In this document: positions 38,330-47,687 of the stretch, piece after piece | Position numbering within the stretch: position 1 is the first letter of the stretch | Layout of the letters: each line of letters opens with the position of its first letter | IMG/VR virus record: IMGVR_UViG_3300048032_000927 | Span: 32,001 to 96,000 of that record | Length of the DNA: 64,000 nt | Source of the DNA: a virus | Strand: one strand, 5' to 3' | Program-made: the position numbers and the translations under genes | Notes under the pieces: generated by a model | Databases searched by the model: none | The model's input: only the letters and a program-made list of their open reading frames with translations | Told to the model about the DNA's origin: nothing

Positions 38330-38863
38330 TTGGACGGATATAAACAGAAATTAATCAGGAAATTAAAGACTCGTTGCTCTGAATTAAACGAAGAGCTCTG
38401 CGAGGTAGAATCTTTGTTTAATCAGGCCGTACCTCTTTTTTGCGCTGCAGTAGATAACTTCTGCAAATCTAATGATTTAGAAAACCCGTTAAATTCATTA
38501 AAAGATGATAAAGAAGAGGAAAAAATACAATTTTCTTCTAATTTTAAATCTGTTTATCGTAAAATAGCAATCGAAACCCACCCGGACAAAGGTATTGAAG
38601 ATGATAAAAAACTAGAATTATACCATGATGCCACAGATGCAAAAAAAAATCAACAAATTGATAAAATTATCAGTATAGCAAAAGACTTAAAAATAGACAT
38701 TTATGACTTTAGTTTCGAGGATATAAAGTTGATCGAGCAATCTATGTCTGATACAGAAGAAAAAATTAACAAAATACGCTCAAGCTACCCGTGGGCCTGG
38801 TTCTTTTCTAATGTAAAAAAAAGAGATGATATTATATCTGGGTTCGTGCTTAATAAAGTGTAA
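38330..38863 (+). CDS. J-domain (DnaJ-like) protein
   Basis: KSVYRKIAIETHPDK with intact HPD; TTG start. Confidence 0.72.
   Translation: MDGYKQKLIRKLKTRCSELNEELCEVESLFNQAVPLFCAAVDNFCKSNDLENPLNSLKDDKEEEKIQFSSNFKSVYRKIAIETHPDKGIEDDKKLELYHDATDAKKNQQIDKIISIAKDLKIDIYDFSFEDIKLIEQSMSDTEEKINKIRSSYPWAWFFSNVKKRDDIISGFVLNKV
38858..38863 (+). promoter_or_regulatory. GTGTAA motif, putative phage promoter
   Basis: Begins 16 nt before ATG 38874, at the head of the second glycan gene block. Confidence 0.5.
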
Positions 38864-38981
38864 TACATAATTTATGGACTGTAGCCTTATAATTTGTATC
38901 TTTTTTAATCTTTTTTTTTAATCTACTTATGAATCTTAAGGTATATGGAGTATTGCGTAATCACTTGGTTTAAGGAAATAA

Positions 38982-39074
38982 ATGGCCCGTTTAATTATAA
39001 AGAGGACTGCTACTTTGATAGTAAAGAAGCTATCTCGTCTTTTGGTTAAAGAGGTGCCTGCTCCACCTACGTAA
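38982..39074 (+). CDS. Putative 30-aa cationic peptide MARLIIKRTATLIVKKLSRLLVKEVPAPPT
   Basis: Read by hand, below the ORF-track cut-off; AAGGA upstream; stops 4 nt before the next ATG. Confidence 0.4.
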   Translation: MARLIIKRTATLIVKKLSRLLVKEVPAPPT

Positions 39075-39078
39075 TTTT

Positions 39079-39720
39079 ATGATAAATTTAGTAAAGCAAG
39101 CCATAAATAAAGCAAAATGTGTATATGAAAATAAAAGCATACAAATACTCGAATACCTCGATAAAGAAATCAAATACGAACAATCTTTAAAATATTATAC
39201 AGACCAGAATCACATAAATAAATTAACAATGGAATACGAAGCTTATCCTTTTAACGAATCAATTCATAGTCTTAGCTGTATGCCCGAGCCAGCTATAGAA
39301 GAAATTATCAGGGTTAATAAACGAATCACAGAACATACTTGGGGCGTTATATTAGAATCAGATAAAATTTCCGATTTAAATGTTTATATTGCGCAAATGA
39401 ATAAAGTTCAAATTAATGCAAGACAAGCTAATTTTTTTGTTGTTACAGATTCAGAAGAAGTATTATTAAAATTACATGATATATTCAACTGGATGAATAA
39501 AGTTTTTTATATTGTACCCAATACATACAATAGTAATATAGAAGAAGAATACAGAGCAAGTATTAATTTTCATTGCTTGAAACATCTAGACAAGCATATC
39601 TCTACCCCAAACTCTACATACATGAATATGTTAAAGCAAATTGGAGGTAAACAGGTTACAGTCCCAAGCCTTAGTAGAGTATTTTGTTTTAACGCCAAAA
39701 GATTAGTGCCAGAAGAATGA
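39079..39720 (+). CDS. Divergent GT23/GT11-like protein
   Basis: WGVIL, FFVVTDS and F.CL..L...ISTPNSTY follow the GVH.R / F.ATD / D..L layout, but key residues are changed. Confidence 0.4.
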   Translation: MINLVKQAINKAKCVYENKSIQILEYLDKEIKYEQSLKYYTDQNHINKLTMEYEAYPFNESIHSLSCMPEPAIEEIIRVNKRITEHTWGVILESDKISDLNVYIAQMNKVQINARQANFFVVTDSEEVLLKLHDIFNWMNKVFYIVPNTYNSNIEEEYRASINFHCLKHLDKHISTPNSTYMNMLKQIGGKQVTVPSLSRVFCFNAKRLVPEE

Positions 39721-40646
39721 AAAGAATATCGTACATAGTTTGCTCTCGTAATGATAATTATAACGGCGATTCTGTGGGCAGATGCATCAACACGGTTAAT
39801 CACGCTTGTGAAATTATCAAAAAAAATAATGTAGAAGATGAATCTGAAGTTTTGCTTATTGACTGGTGTTCAAGAAATGTGCCAATGAAAGATGCTATCA
39901 CTAGCGGATTGGTTCCAGAAACTCAAGGCTTGCTTAAAATTGTGACCGTTCCACCTGATATAGCGGACAAGCATCAAGGCGACTCACCATTCTCTGAGGT
40001 TCATGCCATGAATGTAGGTTTCCGCCAGATGGAAGGTAAACATTTTGCTCGCATCGATCAAGATACATTAATAGGTCAGCGTTTCATGGATTGGTTTCAT
40101 CATGAATTTGAAGTTAAAGATTATGGTTGGCCGTGGCCCCGTGCATCTTTCTGCAGCCGCCGAAATTTAGATGAATCACAGTCCCATCATTCTGTTTTTC
40201 GTGATTTTATATATGACCAACAACTTTCTTACAAGGTTGAGATTTGTCACGAGCACAATCATTACAGTCGATTGATGCCAAATAAGCAGGTCTTTCCTTT
40301 TTACGGTGGAGCAGTTGGCGTCATGATGGTTGAAAGAGAGTGTTATCTAGAGCATAAAGGCTTCAACGAGCAACTTGTATACATGAACAGTATGGATACC
40401 GAATTCATGAACAGGATTGCTGCAAAAGAAGATATCTACAATCTATGTCTAGCGATTGATGCAGATTTCTATCATCAATTTCATGGTCGTGATGATGGCG
40501 CGTCAAATGATACTACTCAGCCACACGCACAACAAGAAGGTGCTAGGAAAACTAATTCTTTAGACATTAGAAACAAGTTACTAGATAACCCCAACCCAGA
40601 TAATTGGGGTTTGCTTGACGAAGACTTGGAGGTTACAGCCTTATGA
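39717..40646 (+). CDS. GT2/GT7-like glycosyltransferase
   Basis: SRNDNY, LLIDW, NVGFR, RIDQD, GFNE, YHQFH. Confidence 0.68.
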   Translation: MKRISYIVCSRNDNYNGDSVGRCINTVNHACEIIKKNNVEDESEVLLIDWCSRNVPMKDAITSGLVPETQGLLKIVTVPPDIADKHQGDSPFSEVHAMNVGFRQMEGKHFARIDQDTLIGQRFMDWFHHEFEVKDYGWPWPRASFCSRRNLDESQSHHSVFRDFIYDQQLSYKVEICHEHNHYSRLMPNKQVFPFYGGAVGVMMVERECYLEHKGFNEQLVYMNSMDTEFMNRIAAKEDIYNLCLAIDADFYHQFHGRDDGASNDTTQPHAQQEGARKTNSLDIRNKLLDNPNPDNWGLLDEDLEVTAL

Positions 40647-41494
40647 GTAATGTTATTTATGTAATTAACGATTTACCAAAGGACACTGACTTTGCGAATC
40701 CTGGCTATAAAGACATGGCATGGGTTCCTCATTGCCTTGGATCTATTGAAAAGTATGCAGAGAAAATTGGTTGCGATTTAAAGACTATATCAATGTCAGA
40801 CTTTCCTGGCTATCAAGATATACATCAATATACGTTTAGTCATTACCAGAAGAGTACGTTTGTTAAGGTTCTGTTTTTGCATGAGTTCCTAAAGACTGAT
40901 TATGATAAATTCGCATTGCTTGATCTTGATATGGTTGTAAGCAAAACTGCCCCCGACATTTTTGAGTATCACAAAGATGATGAATTCATGATGCAGTATG
41001 GTTTTAACGAAGCAGTAGTCAAAAAGAATGAAGTATTTTTAAAAGAATATTTAAAGGCTATCCCTCAAGACGAAGACGTCTACTGGTTTAATGAAAAAAG
41101 CCAACGCAATATACCTAAGTATAATTTAAACTTAGGCTGCTACATTATGAGCCGCAAGATTGTATCCGAGATGGTTGAGGTATTACCAGACCAATATTCT
41201 ATCGTAGATTTCCTAAAAGAGCATAACTTAATTGATAACCCAGTTTTGGAAATACTTGGGGAGCGCAAAGATTTCATTGATCAAGACATGTACGGCTATG
41301 CATATGCCAAAACAACCGTTACCGATTATCATAAACCTCTTCAATGGGTGTGGAATGCGAACTATCAGGCTTGCTTCCAAAAAGGTAAAGATAATAAAGA
41401 TTTTTACTTATGCCATCTTTGCGGTGAAGACGGAAAGGAGTTCTTGCTAGACAATTTAAATAACCCCGAAGTCATGGAGAAAATCGATGTATAG
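40643..41494 (+). CDS. GT-A fold glycosyltransferase (GT34/GT8-like)
   Basis: KYAEKIG.D, LLDLD...PDIF, NLG, DQ, WN, H. Confidence 0.68.
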   Translation: MSNVIYVINDLPKDTDFANPGYKDMAWVPHCLGSIEKYAEKIGCDLKTISMSDFPGYQDIHQYTFSHYQKSTFVKVLFLHEFLKTDYDKFALLDLDMVVSKTAPDIFEYHKDDEFMMQYGFNEAVVKKNEVFLKEYLKAIPQDEDVYWFNEKSQRNIPKYNLNLGCYIMSRKIVSEMVEVLPDQYSIVDFLKEHNLIDNPVLEILGERKDFIDQDMYGYAYAKTTVTDYHKPLQWVWNANYQACFQKGKDNKDFYLCHLCGEDGKEFLLDNLNNPEVMEKIDV

Positions 41495-42173
41495 CCACGA
41501 TCATAAATTCATTTACGTTCATATCCCAAAATCGGGTGGCACATTTATTAAGCATTATCTTTTATCAAACATAGAGCCTGATTACGAGAATAATCAAAAT
41601 CAGCAGGACTATGATGATAAATATAAAACTACATGCGAAAGAGCCATTAATGGAATACTTTGGGAGGTTCCTGATTACAAAGATTATTTTAAATTTACTG
41701 TAGTTCGCAATCCTTTTGACCGCGTAGTCTCCATGTTTTCATATCTTGGCGGCTGGAAATATGATTATTTTGTAGAGAATAATATCGACTCTCCTAAAAT
41801 GCCTTATGTGCAAAAGTTTCATGATTTTTATATCAGAGACGACTTTGACGGTTTTATTGATTACGCTTACGAACAAAAAGCCATTAAAGAGTTTCACGCG
41901 GGATATTATGAAACTAACTTAAACAGGGTAACAGTTAGAGGTAGAGTGGAAATAGATAAATTTTTTAAAGTGGAAGACATGCAAAAGTGCTTATTCCAGT
42001 TGCAAATGAAACTTGGCTTTGAAAGCCGAAAGGGATTTGATGACTGGCGAAAGAATAGTAGCGCAGAGTATAAAAAGAAACAAGACTACAAAGATTATTA
42101 TTCAACATACAGCAAAGACTATATAGAAAAACATTTTGCAGAAGATTTAATTTATTTTAATTATGGATTCTAA
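41487..42173 (+). CDS. Sulfotransferase (Sulfotransfer_2 type)
   Basis: FIYVHIPKSGGT, VRNPFDRVVS. Confidence 0.88.
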   Translation: MYSHDHKFIYVHIPKSGGTFIKHYLLSNIEPDYENNQNQQDYDDKYKTTCERAINGILWEVPDYKDYFKFTVVRNPFDRVVSMFSYLGGWKYDYFVENNIDSPKMPYVQKFHDFYIRDDFDGFIDYAYEQKAIKEFHAGYYETNLNRVTVRGRVEIDKFFKVEDMQKCLFQLQMKLGFESRKGFDDWRKNSSAEYKKKQDYKDYYSTYSKDYIEKHFAEDLIYFNYGF

Positions 42174-42963
42174 ATTTGTAGTTTTCGGTCAAGAAAGGGC
42201 AGGAACCACAAGTTTAATTGCCGCTCTTAACAAGAATGATCGGATTGTTCATGAGCCGCTATCTTCTTTGACTGGCGATCTTGAGCATAACTCACGGTAC
42301 GCTAAGATTATTGAAGAACATGGAATGAATCCAGAATATTTACCAAAGTCAGACCATATACCGTATTTCAATAAATTTAATAATATATCGGAAGACAAAG
42401 ATAAGCTTTGGGATTTTTTAGATGATTTATTTAAAACTTTTGATGGAGTTAAACATGTCTGGTGTACAGTTTCAGAAGTAGGTAACGAAAACTTTATATA
42501 TTACTGCGCGGCACACGGCATAAAAATTATATACCAATATAGAGAAAGTGCATTTTATCCTGCAGTTTCGTGGCAGCTTGCTAACCAAGTTCAAGTTTGG
42601 CAGCTGGGCGAACAAAAAGAGCACAAAGAAAAAGTTGACTCATTCAACTACCAAGAATTAGAAGAGCCACCTATACAAAGAAGAATTAAATGGTATAAAA
42701 AATACTTACCACATTATCATGGGCTACTTCCTCCTGATGCCTACATCTCTAAATACGAAGATCTTTACGGCTTAGAAACTTATCAACAAAGGCTTGCTCA
42801 ATTTGATAATATAGCCGCATATCTTGATATAGAGGTTGATTATAATAATGTTGAGAATTTCTTGGGTACAGACAGAAGAGTATTTGGTAAAAAAGCATAT
42901 AAAAAAATACCAAACTATCAAGAAATGTTTGATAAATATGGAGATGAGAAGATTATATTGTGA
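42163..42963 (+). CDS. Sulfotransferase (Stf0-like)
   Basis: FVVFGQERAGTTSL, HEP, YR....AVSW, YEDL. Confidence 0.75.
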   Translation: MDSKFVVFGQERAGTTSLIAALNKNDRIVHEPLSSLTGDLEHNSRYAKIIEEHGMNPEYLPKSDHIPYFNKFNNISEDKDKLWDFLDDLFKTFDGVKHVWCTVSEVGNENFIYYCAAHGIKIIYQYRESAFYPAVSWQLANQVQVWQLGEQKEHKEKVDSFNYQELEEPPIQRRIKWYKKYLPHYHGLLPPDAYISKYEDLYGLETYQQRLAQFDNIAAYLDIEVDYNNVENFLGTDRRVFGKKAYKKIPNYQEMFDKYGDEKIIL

Positions 42964-43847
42964 ACGATTATTATTATTTTTCTCGTGATACTGGCTGGGG
43001 CGATACTTTGTGGCATCTCACAAATGCCTTAATGTATTGTGAGCAGAATAACAAAGGTATGCTTATTGATATGCGCGGGCATTGGGCCAGCAAAGGTGAT
43101 AGTAATTTGTTCACCGAATACTTTCACCATATTGATACAGACATCGAAGTCATCATAAATGAAGAATACATAGACCAACTCAAAAAAGATGCCGAAAAAC
43201 ATTCTGACTCTAGATTAGTAATAAAAAACCCACTTAAATCTAAAGAAGAGTCTAAAAAATTTTATGATACATTTGATCGAATCAGCGTTCACGGAACTAT
43301 CGCCAAAGAAATAGATGAGATACGTGAAAAATATTTTGCCGCGAATTATATAGTTGGAGTTCATGCCAGAACATCAAACGGAGAAGTTTTGCCGCTAAGA
43401 ACCGGAAACTCAAATCGTTTTCAGGGAGAAAGAAATGCAATACAAACTATTTTTGATATTTACAAAGAGAAAATAGATCAGGTATTATTTGATGATCCTC
43501 GTGCATTTTTAAAAGCTTGTGATAATTATAAATTTTTTGTGGCCACAGATTCAAAGCAGTTTGTTGATTTGTTTGAAAAAGAATACGGTAATACAATCGT
43601 AACCGAAAGGTATTTTGCCCCTCCAGGTTGTGGCACTGGCCACGAAAAAGGCGAACAATCCACAGAGATACAAATTCAGATGGAAGAAAAATATGGACGC
43701 ATAAACATAGCTAAAGAAGCTTTGGTTGACTTTTACTTATTACAGTATACAAATTTTTTATTTAAAAACTTTAGCAGGTTTAATGAATTTTGTTTGTACA
43801 AAGGAATACCAAATTTTCACATTAATTTTCAGGAGAAGTGTTATTAA
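42960..43847 (+). CDS. NodZ-like alpha-1,6-fucosyltransferase (GT23)
   Basis: TGWGDTLW.L..A..Y, IDMRG, IVGVHAR..NGE, FVATDS, EALVDFYLL. Confidence 0.8.
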   Translation: MNDYYYFSRDTGWGDTLWHLTNALMYCEQNNKGMLIDMRGHWASKGDSNLFTEYFHHIDTDIEVIINEEYIDQLKKDAEKHSDSRLVIKNPLKSKEESKKFYDTFDRISVHGTIAKEIDEIREKYFAANYIVGVHARTSNGEVLPLRTGNSNRFQGERNAIQTIFDIYKEKIDQVLFDDPRAFLKACDNYKFFVATDSKQFVDLFEKEYGNTIVTERYFAPPGCGTGHEKGEQSTEIQIQMEEKYGRINIAKEALVDFYLLQYTNFLFKNFSRFNEFCLYKGIPNFHINFQEKCY

Positions 43848-44492
43848 ATGATTGGTCACAAAAATAAATGCATATTTATACATATTCCTAAAGCCGCAGG
43901 AACTTCTGTGGAGAACTTCTTAAGGCAAATCGACCCAGAGATACCATCAAAGGTTTTAAGAAAGAGAGGTTTTAGTAAATTTTTCAACGATCATTTAGAT
44001 TACTATGTTTTTTCTTTTGTTCGCAACCCATATAATCGTTTTGTTTCTGCATGGAAGTGGGGCGAACTACAGTATCGAGTACATCCAGACATAAAATTTT
44101 ATCAAAAAAAGAGGTCTGTATCTTTTGACGAGTATGTCCAATTAACCGTAGATGATGAATATAGAATGTTCAATAAAGACCTTTGGAGTGAGTATGACAG
44201 TTATCATACCTTGCCTCAGTTTGAGTTTTTTCCTCACTTAAATGGTGGCCACTATTTTACAGATAAAATTAACCCTGATTTTACTTGTAATTTTATTGGT
44301 AGGTTTGAGAACTTGCACGAAGATTTCAATAAAGTTTGCACTAATATAGGCATAAAGGAATTAAAACTTCCACATGCATATAATTCAAAAAACTTTAAGG
44401 AAGAATTTGAATGGAGCGACTTATCAAGAGACAAAATATATAACTACTACAAAAAAGACTTTGAATTATTTTATTCAGATATAGATAAGTAA
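43848..44492 (+). CDS. Sulfotransferase (Sulfotransfer_2 type)
   Basis: FIHIPKAAGTS, VRNPYNRFVS, FIGRFENL..DF. Confidence 0.9.
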   Translation: MIGHKNKCIFIHIPKAAGTSVENFLRQIDPEIPSKVLRKRGFSKFFNDHLDYYVFSFVRNPYNRFVSAWKWGELQYRVHPDIKFYQKKRSVSFDEYVQLTVDDEYRMFNKDLWSEYDSYHTLPQFEFFPHLNGGHYFTDKINPDFTCNFIGRFENLHEDFNKVCTNIGIKELKLPHAYNSKNFKEEFEWSDLSRDKIYNYYKKDFELFYSDIDK

Positions 44493-44494
44493 AA

Positions 44495-45271
44495 ATGAAA
44501 ATTACTAATTATAGCAAGCATGGTCTTTTTGGTTCCACAATGAATTGGATTAATGCAAGGCTACCTTATTTATATAAAAATCAAATTTACCCAGAATGGG
44601 ACATAAAAAATCTTAATCACGGCAATCCGTTGGATCAGGATAGGATTATTCCATATATTATCAGTCCTAAAAAACAAAACCCCTCAACCGGTGAAACTAT
44701 TGAGTTAACAGATATAGATAGATATACTTATACGGATTTTAAAGAGGCTAGTTTTTACTTTAACCATTATTTTGAATTCAGCAAAGAGATTATTGATTTA
44801 TCTAACACCATATCAAAAGATTTTAAAAATTGCCTCGGCGTACATTTAAGGGGTTATGATAAATTAAGAGTTAACGATAAAGAAAACATCCCCATAAGCA
44901 ATAAAGAGTATATAAAAAAAATACTTAATCTTTCCAAAACTAAATCATTTCAAAGTGTTTTTATTTTGTCTGATGATGCTAAACTAAAATCTTTCTTGGC
45001 TCGAGAAATTTCCATTAACTTTAAGGCGCCAATCCATCAAACTCCTTTTAAAACAATTTATCATATTGATCAAAAGAATAGATCAGACAAACTTGAATTA
45101 ACAAAAGAATCTGTGGCTGAAATGTTAGCATTGTCAAAATGTAAATTTGCTATAAAAAATCATTCTGCTTTTTCTAGTTGGGCGAAAATAATTAATCCTT
45201 CTATTGATATGTATCGAGTTACGCAATGTAAGCAAAAATGGTTCCCTGATTACTATCTACCCGAATTATGA
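44495..45271 (+). CDS. GT23-like fucosyltransferase
   Basis: GLFG, LGVHLRGYDK, FILSDD, EMLALSKC...SAFS.WA. Confidence 0.75.
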   Translation: MKITNYSKHGLFGSTMNWINARLPYLYKNQIYPEWDIKNLNHGNPLDQDRIIPYIISPKKQNPSTGETIELTDIDRYTYTDFKEASFYFNHYFEFSKEIIDLSNTISKDFKNCLGVHLRGYDKLRVNDKENIPISNKEYIKKILNLSKTKSFQSVFILSDDAKLKSFLAREISINFKAPIHQTPFKTIYHIDQKNRSDKLELTKESVAEMLALSKCKFAIKNHSAFSSWAKIINPSIDMYRVTQCKQKWFPDYYLPEL

Positions 45272-45900
45272 TTAGCCACAAACATAAATATATTTTTGTT
45301 CACACCCCCAAGTGCGCAGGAACTTCGATAGAGAAGGTCTTACTTGATTATGAAGGCGTTAACATAGATGCTGACGATAAATTTTATTTAAATTCCATAC
45401 CTGAGTCAATTAAGAAGAAATATTTACTAGACTACCCACTACACTCTTACAGTCAACATTTTTATCTTGATCAATATAATCAAAGCTTAGCTAGCTCTTA
45501 CTATTGCTTTACTTTTGTTAGAAACCCATGGGACTTAATGGTTAGTGAATATTTTTATATTTTAAACAACTACGAAATAAATTTATCTTTTGAAGATTTT
45601 ATTAAAATAGGGGACGGACTGAAAGAAGTTAAAGGGTTTACATGGTTTGTCGAAAGAGGTCACCATCTGCTGCCTCAAGTTAATTTCTTAAATAAAAATA
45701 TGAATTTTATTGGAAAATTCGAAAACCTACAAGATGATTTCAATGTTGTTTGCGATTCTATAAAAATATCAAGAATTGACCTTCCGTATTACAACTCCAC
45801 AAAGCATAACCACTATACTAGATATTATAATAACTTAACTCGTGATATTATCGCAAAACGATACAAAGAAGATATTGAGTATTTTAATTTTAAATTTTAA
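45268..45900 (+). CDS. Sulfotransferase (Sulfotransfer_2 type)
   Basis: FVHTPKCAGTS, VRNPWD..VS, FIGKFENLQDDF. Confidence 0.9.
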   Translation: MISHKHKYIFVHTPKCAGTSIEKVLLDYEGVNIDADDKFYLNSIPESIKKKYLLDYPLHSYSQHFYLDQYNQSLASSYYCFTFVRNPWDLMVSEYFYILNNYEINLSFEDFIKIGDGLKEVKGFTWFVERGHHLLPQVNFLNKNMNFIGKFENLQDDFNVVCDSIKISRIDLPYYNSTKHNHYTRYYNNLTRDIIAKRYKEDIEYFNFKF

Positions 45901-45911
45901 ATATAATTAAC

Positions 45912-46427
45912 ATGCCAACATTTGGTAGATTTTCATATGGAAAGCCTAGGCTTTTTTGGGATAACGATGATGCAGACCTCATTGTTGGTAACTTTTGCTC
46001 GATTGCTCAAGGTTGTAGTGTTTTTTTGGGAGGTAATCACAGAACTGATTGGGTAACTACTTTTCCATTCGGCCATGTCAACAAACATAAATTTAATAAC
46101 TTTAATGGGTTAGGTCACCCAGCAACAAATGGCAATGTTGTAATAGGGCATGATGTATGGATTGGAGGTAATGTTACAATCATGTCTGGTGTATCTATTG
46201 GTTCTGGGGCTGTCATAGCGAATAATAGTCATGTTGTTAAAGATGTAGATGCATATAGTATTTCAGGGGGAAATCCGGCCAAACATATAAAATTTAGATT
46301 TAATCAGGATCAAATTAGTGCATTACTATTAATTCAGTGGTGGCACTGGCCTGAAGAAAAAATTAATAAAAATCTACCCTTATTATGTGACTCCAACATA
46401 GACAAGTTTATTGATATCCACGTTTAA
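45912..46427 (+). CDS. Hexapeptide-repeat O-acetyltransferase (CatB/Vat-like fold)
   Basis: VGNFCSIA, GGNHRTDWVTTFPF, IGHDVWIG, GGNPAK.I, WWHW. Confidence 0.9.
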   Translation: MPTFGRFSYGKPRLFWDNDDADLIVGNFCSIAQGCSVFLGGNHRTDWVTTFPFGHVNKHKFNNFNGLGHPATNGNVVIGHDVWIGGNVTIMSGVSIGSGAVIANNSHVVKDVDAYSISGGNPAKHIKFRFNQDQISALLLIQWWHWPEEKINKNLPLLCDSNIDKFIDIHV

Positions 46428-46437
46428 AATTTATATC

Positions 46438-47055
46438 ATGAAATACGAAACATATATCTTATCTCTACTAACCCCAGAAAGATTAGAGTACATAAATAAA
46501 ACACGCAAGCTTTTTCCTTTTGTTAAAATTTTTAATTCTGTCAATGGTTACAATAAAGAAGAAACAATAAAAGAATTCTTGGACCTAAATCTTAATTTCC
46601 ATAATTTAAAAATAGGCCCAAAAAATAATTTTAATAATTACGGAACTCTTGCATGTTGGATCACTAAAGTTAAGTTTCTTAAGCTTCAAGTCTCAAACGA
46701 AATTCCTTATGCACTTTTTCTCGAAGATGATGCTAAACTTTTACCCGGGTTTTTTGATGCACTTGACGATCAAATGAAAGATAAATGGAAAACGCTTGAT
46801 CAAGAAGTAAATGTAATCAGGCTATTTCAATGGGGGGAAGGCTACATAACATCTTTATCAAGCGCTCGCAGGCTGCTTGACACAATTAAACAAGCAGGGG
46901 TTATTGACAACATTGATAACCAACTTAGAGAAAGATCTGGGCCAGAACTGAAGCTTAACTTTAACAATTTTTACAGAAAATGGGTAAAAACAAATGAGGG
47001 CGATATATTAAAAACAGAGCCACTTGATAAATATTTTTTTGATTCAATACAATGA
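46438..47055 (+). CDS. GT25-like glycosyltransferase
   Basis: YILSL...R, SVNG, GTLAC, LFLEDDA, GYI, ID. Confidence 0.72.
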   Translation: MKYETYILSLLTPERLEYINKTRKLFPFVKIFNSVNGYNKEETIKEFLDLNLNFHNLKIGPKNNFNNYGTLACWITKVKFLKLQVSNEIPYALFLEDDAKLLPGFFDALDDQMKDKWKTLDQEVNVIRLFQWGEGYITSLSSARRLLDTIKQAGVIDNIDNQLRERSGPELKLNFNNFYRKWVKTNEGDILKTEPLDKYFFDSIQ

Positions 47056-47687
47056 GTTCTGTCGCTGTAATATCTTTTGAATGTCCTCCGGCGGATTACT
47101 CTAAAATTTCTTTTCCTAATAAAAGTAGGTATTGCGCTATCCACGGTTATGACTTTCACTCCTTTTCTAATAAAATTTCTTCAAGACCTGCTTCTTGGAT
47201 CAAGATTTTATATATACAGCAAATCTTAAATAATTACGACTGGGTCCTCTGGTCTGATGCTGACAGTTATGTGGTTGATGGTAGCAGAAAGGTTGAAGAT
47301 TTTATAGACGACTCAAAGGATTTAATCTTATGTGAAGATGATGTTGGTATTAATTTTGGCGTGTTTTTAATAAAGAATAGCGAATGGTCCAAGTGGCTTC
47401 TTAATGAAATTTGGGACTTTAAAAAATACGGAAACAATGTCTTGGGAACAACTACACATTTCGTCCCAAGAACACAAAAACATGCTACCTATAACACATG
47501 GGAACAAACAAATCTTCATTCCATAGTAGGCCTTCATGGTGAAAACTTTCCAGGAAACATTTTATGTTTACCAGAGAAAGGTGATCATTTTAATGTAAGG
47601 CCAGACCTTGCCACAAAACAGTCTTTTATAGTTCACCATAAGGGAGGATGGAGAAAGCACAAAGATTTTTTAAAATATATATTATGA
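47052..47687 (+). CDS. GT34 (GMA12/MNN10-like) glycosyltransferase
   Basis: NK..YC..HGY, WIKI, WVLWSDAD, INFGVFLIKNSEWS, WEQ. Confidence 0.85.
   Translation: MSSVAVISFECPPADYSKISFPNKSRYCAIHGYDFHSFSNKISSRPASWIKILYIQQILNNYDWVLWSDADSYVVDGSRKVEDFIDDSKDLILCEDDVGINFGVFLIKNSEWSKWLLNEIWDFKKYGNNVLGTTTHFVPRTQKHATYNTWEQTNLHSIVGLHGENFPGNILCLPEKGDHFNVRPDLATKQSFIVHHKGGWRKHKDFLKYIL

Noticed and set aside
45912-46427. Antibiotic resistance gene (catB/vat)
   Set aside because: The fold is shared, but it sits among GTs and sulfotransferases; a sugar O-acetyltransferase is the simpler reading.
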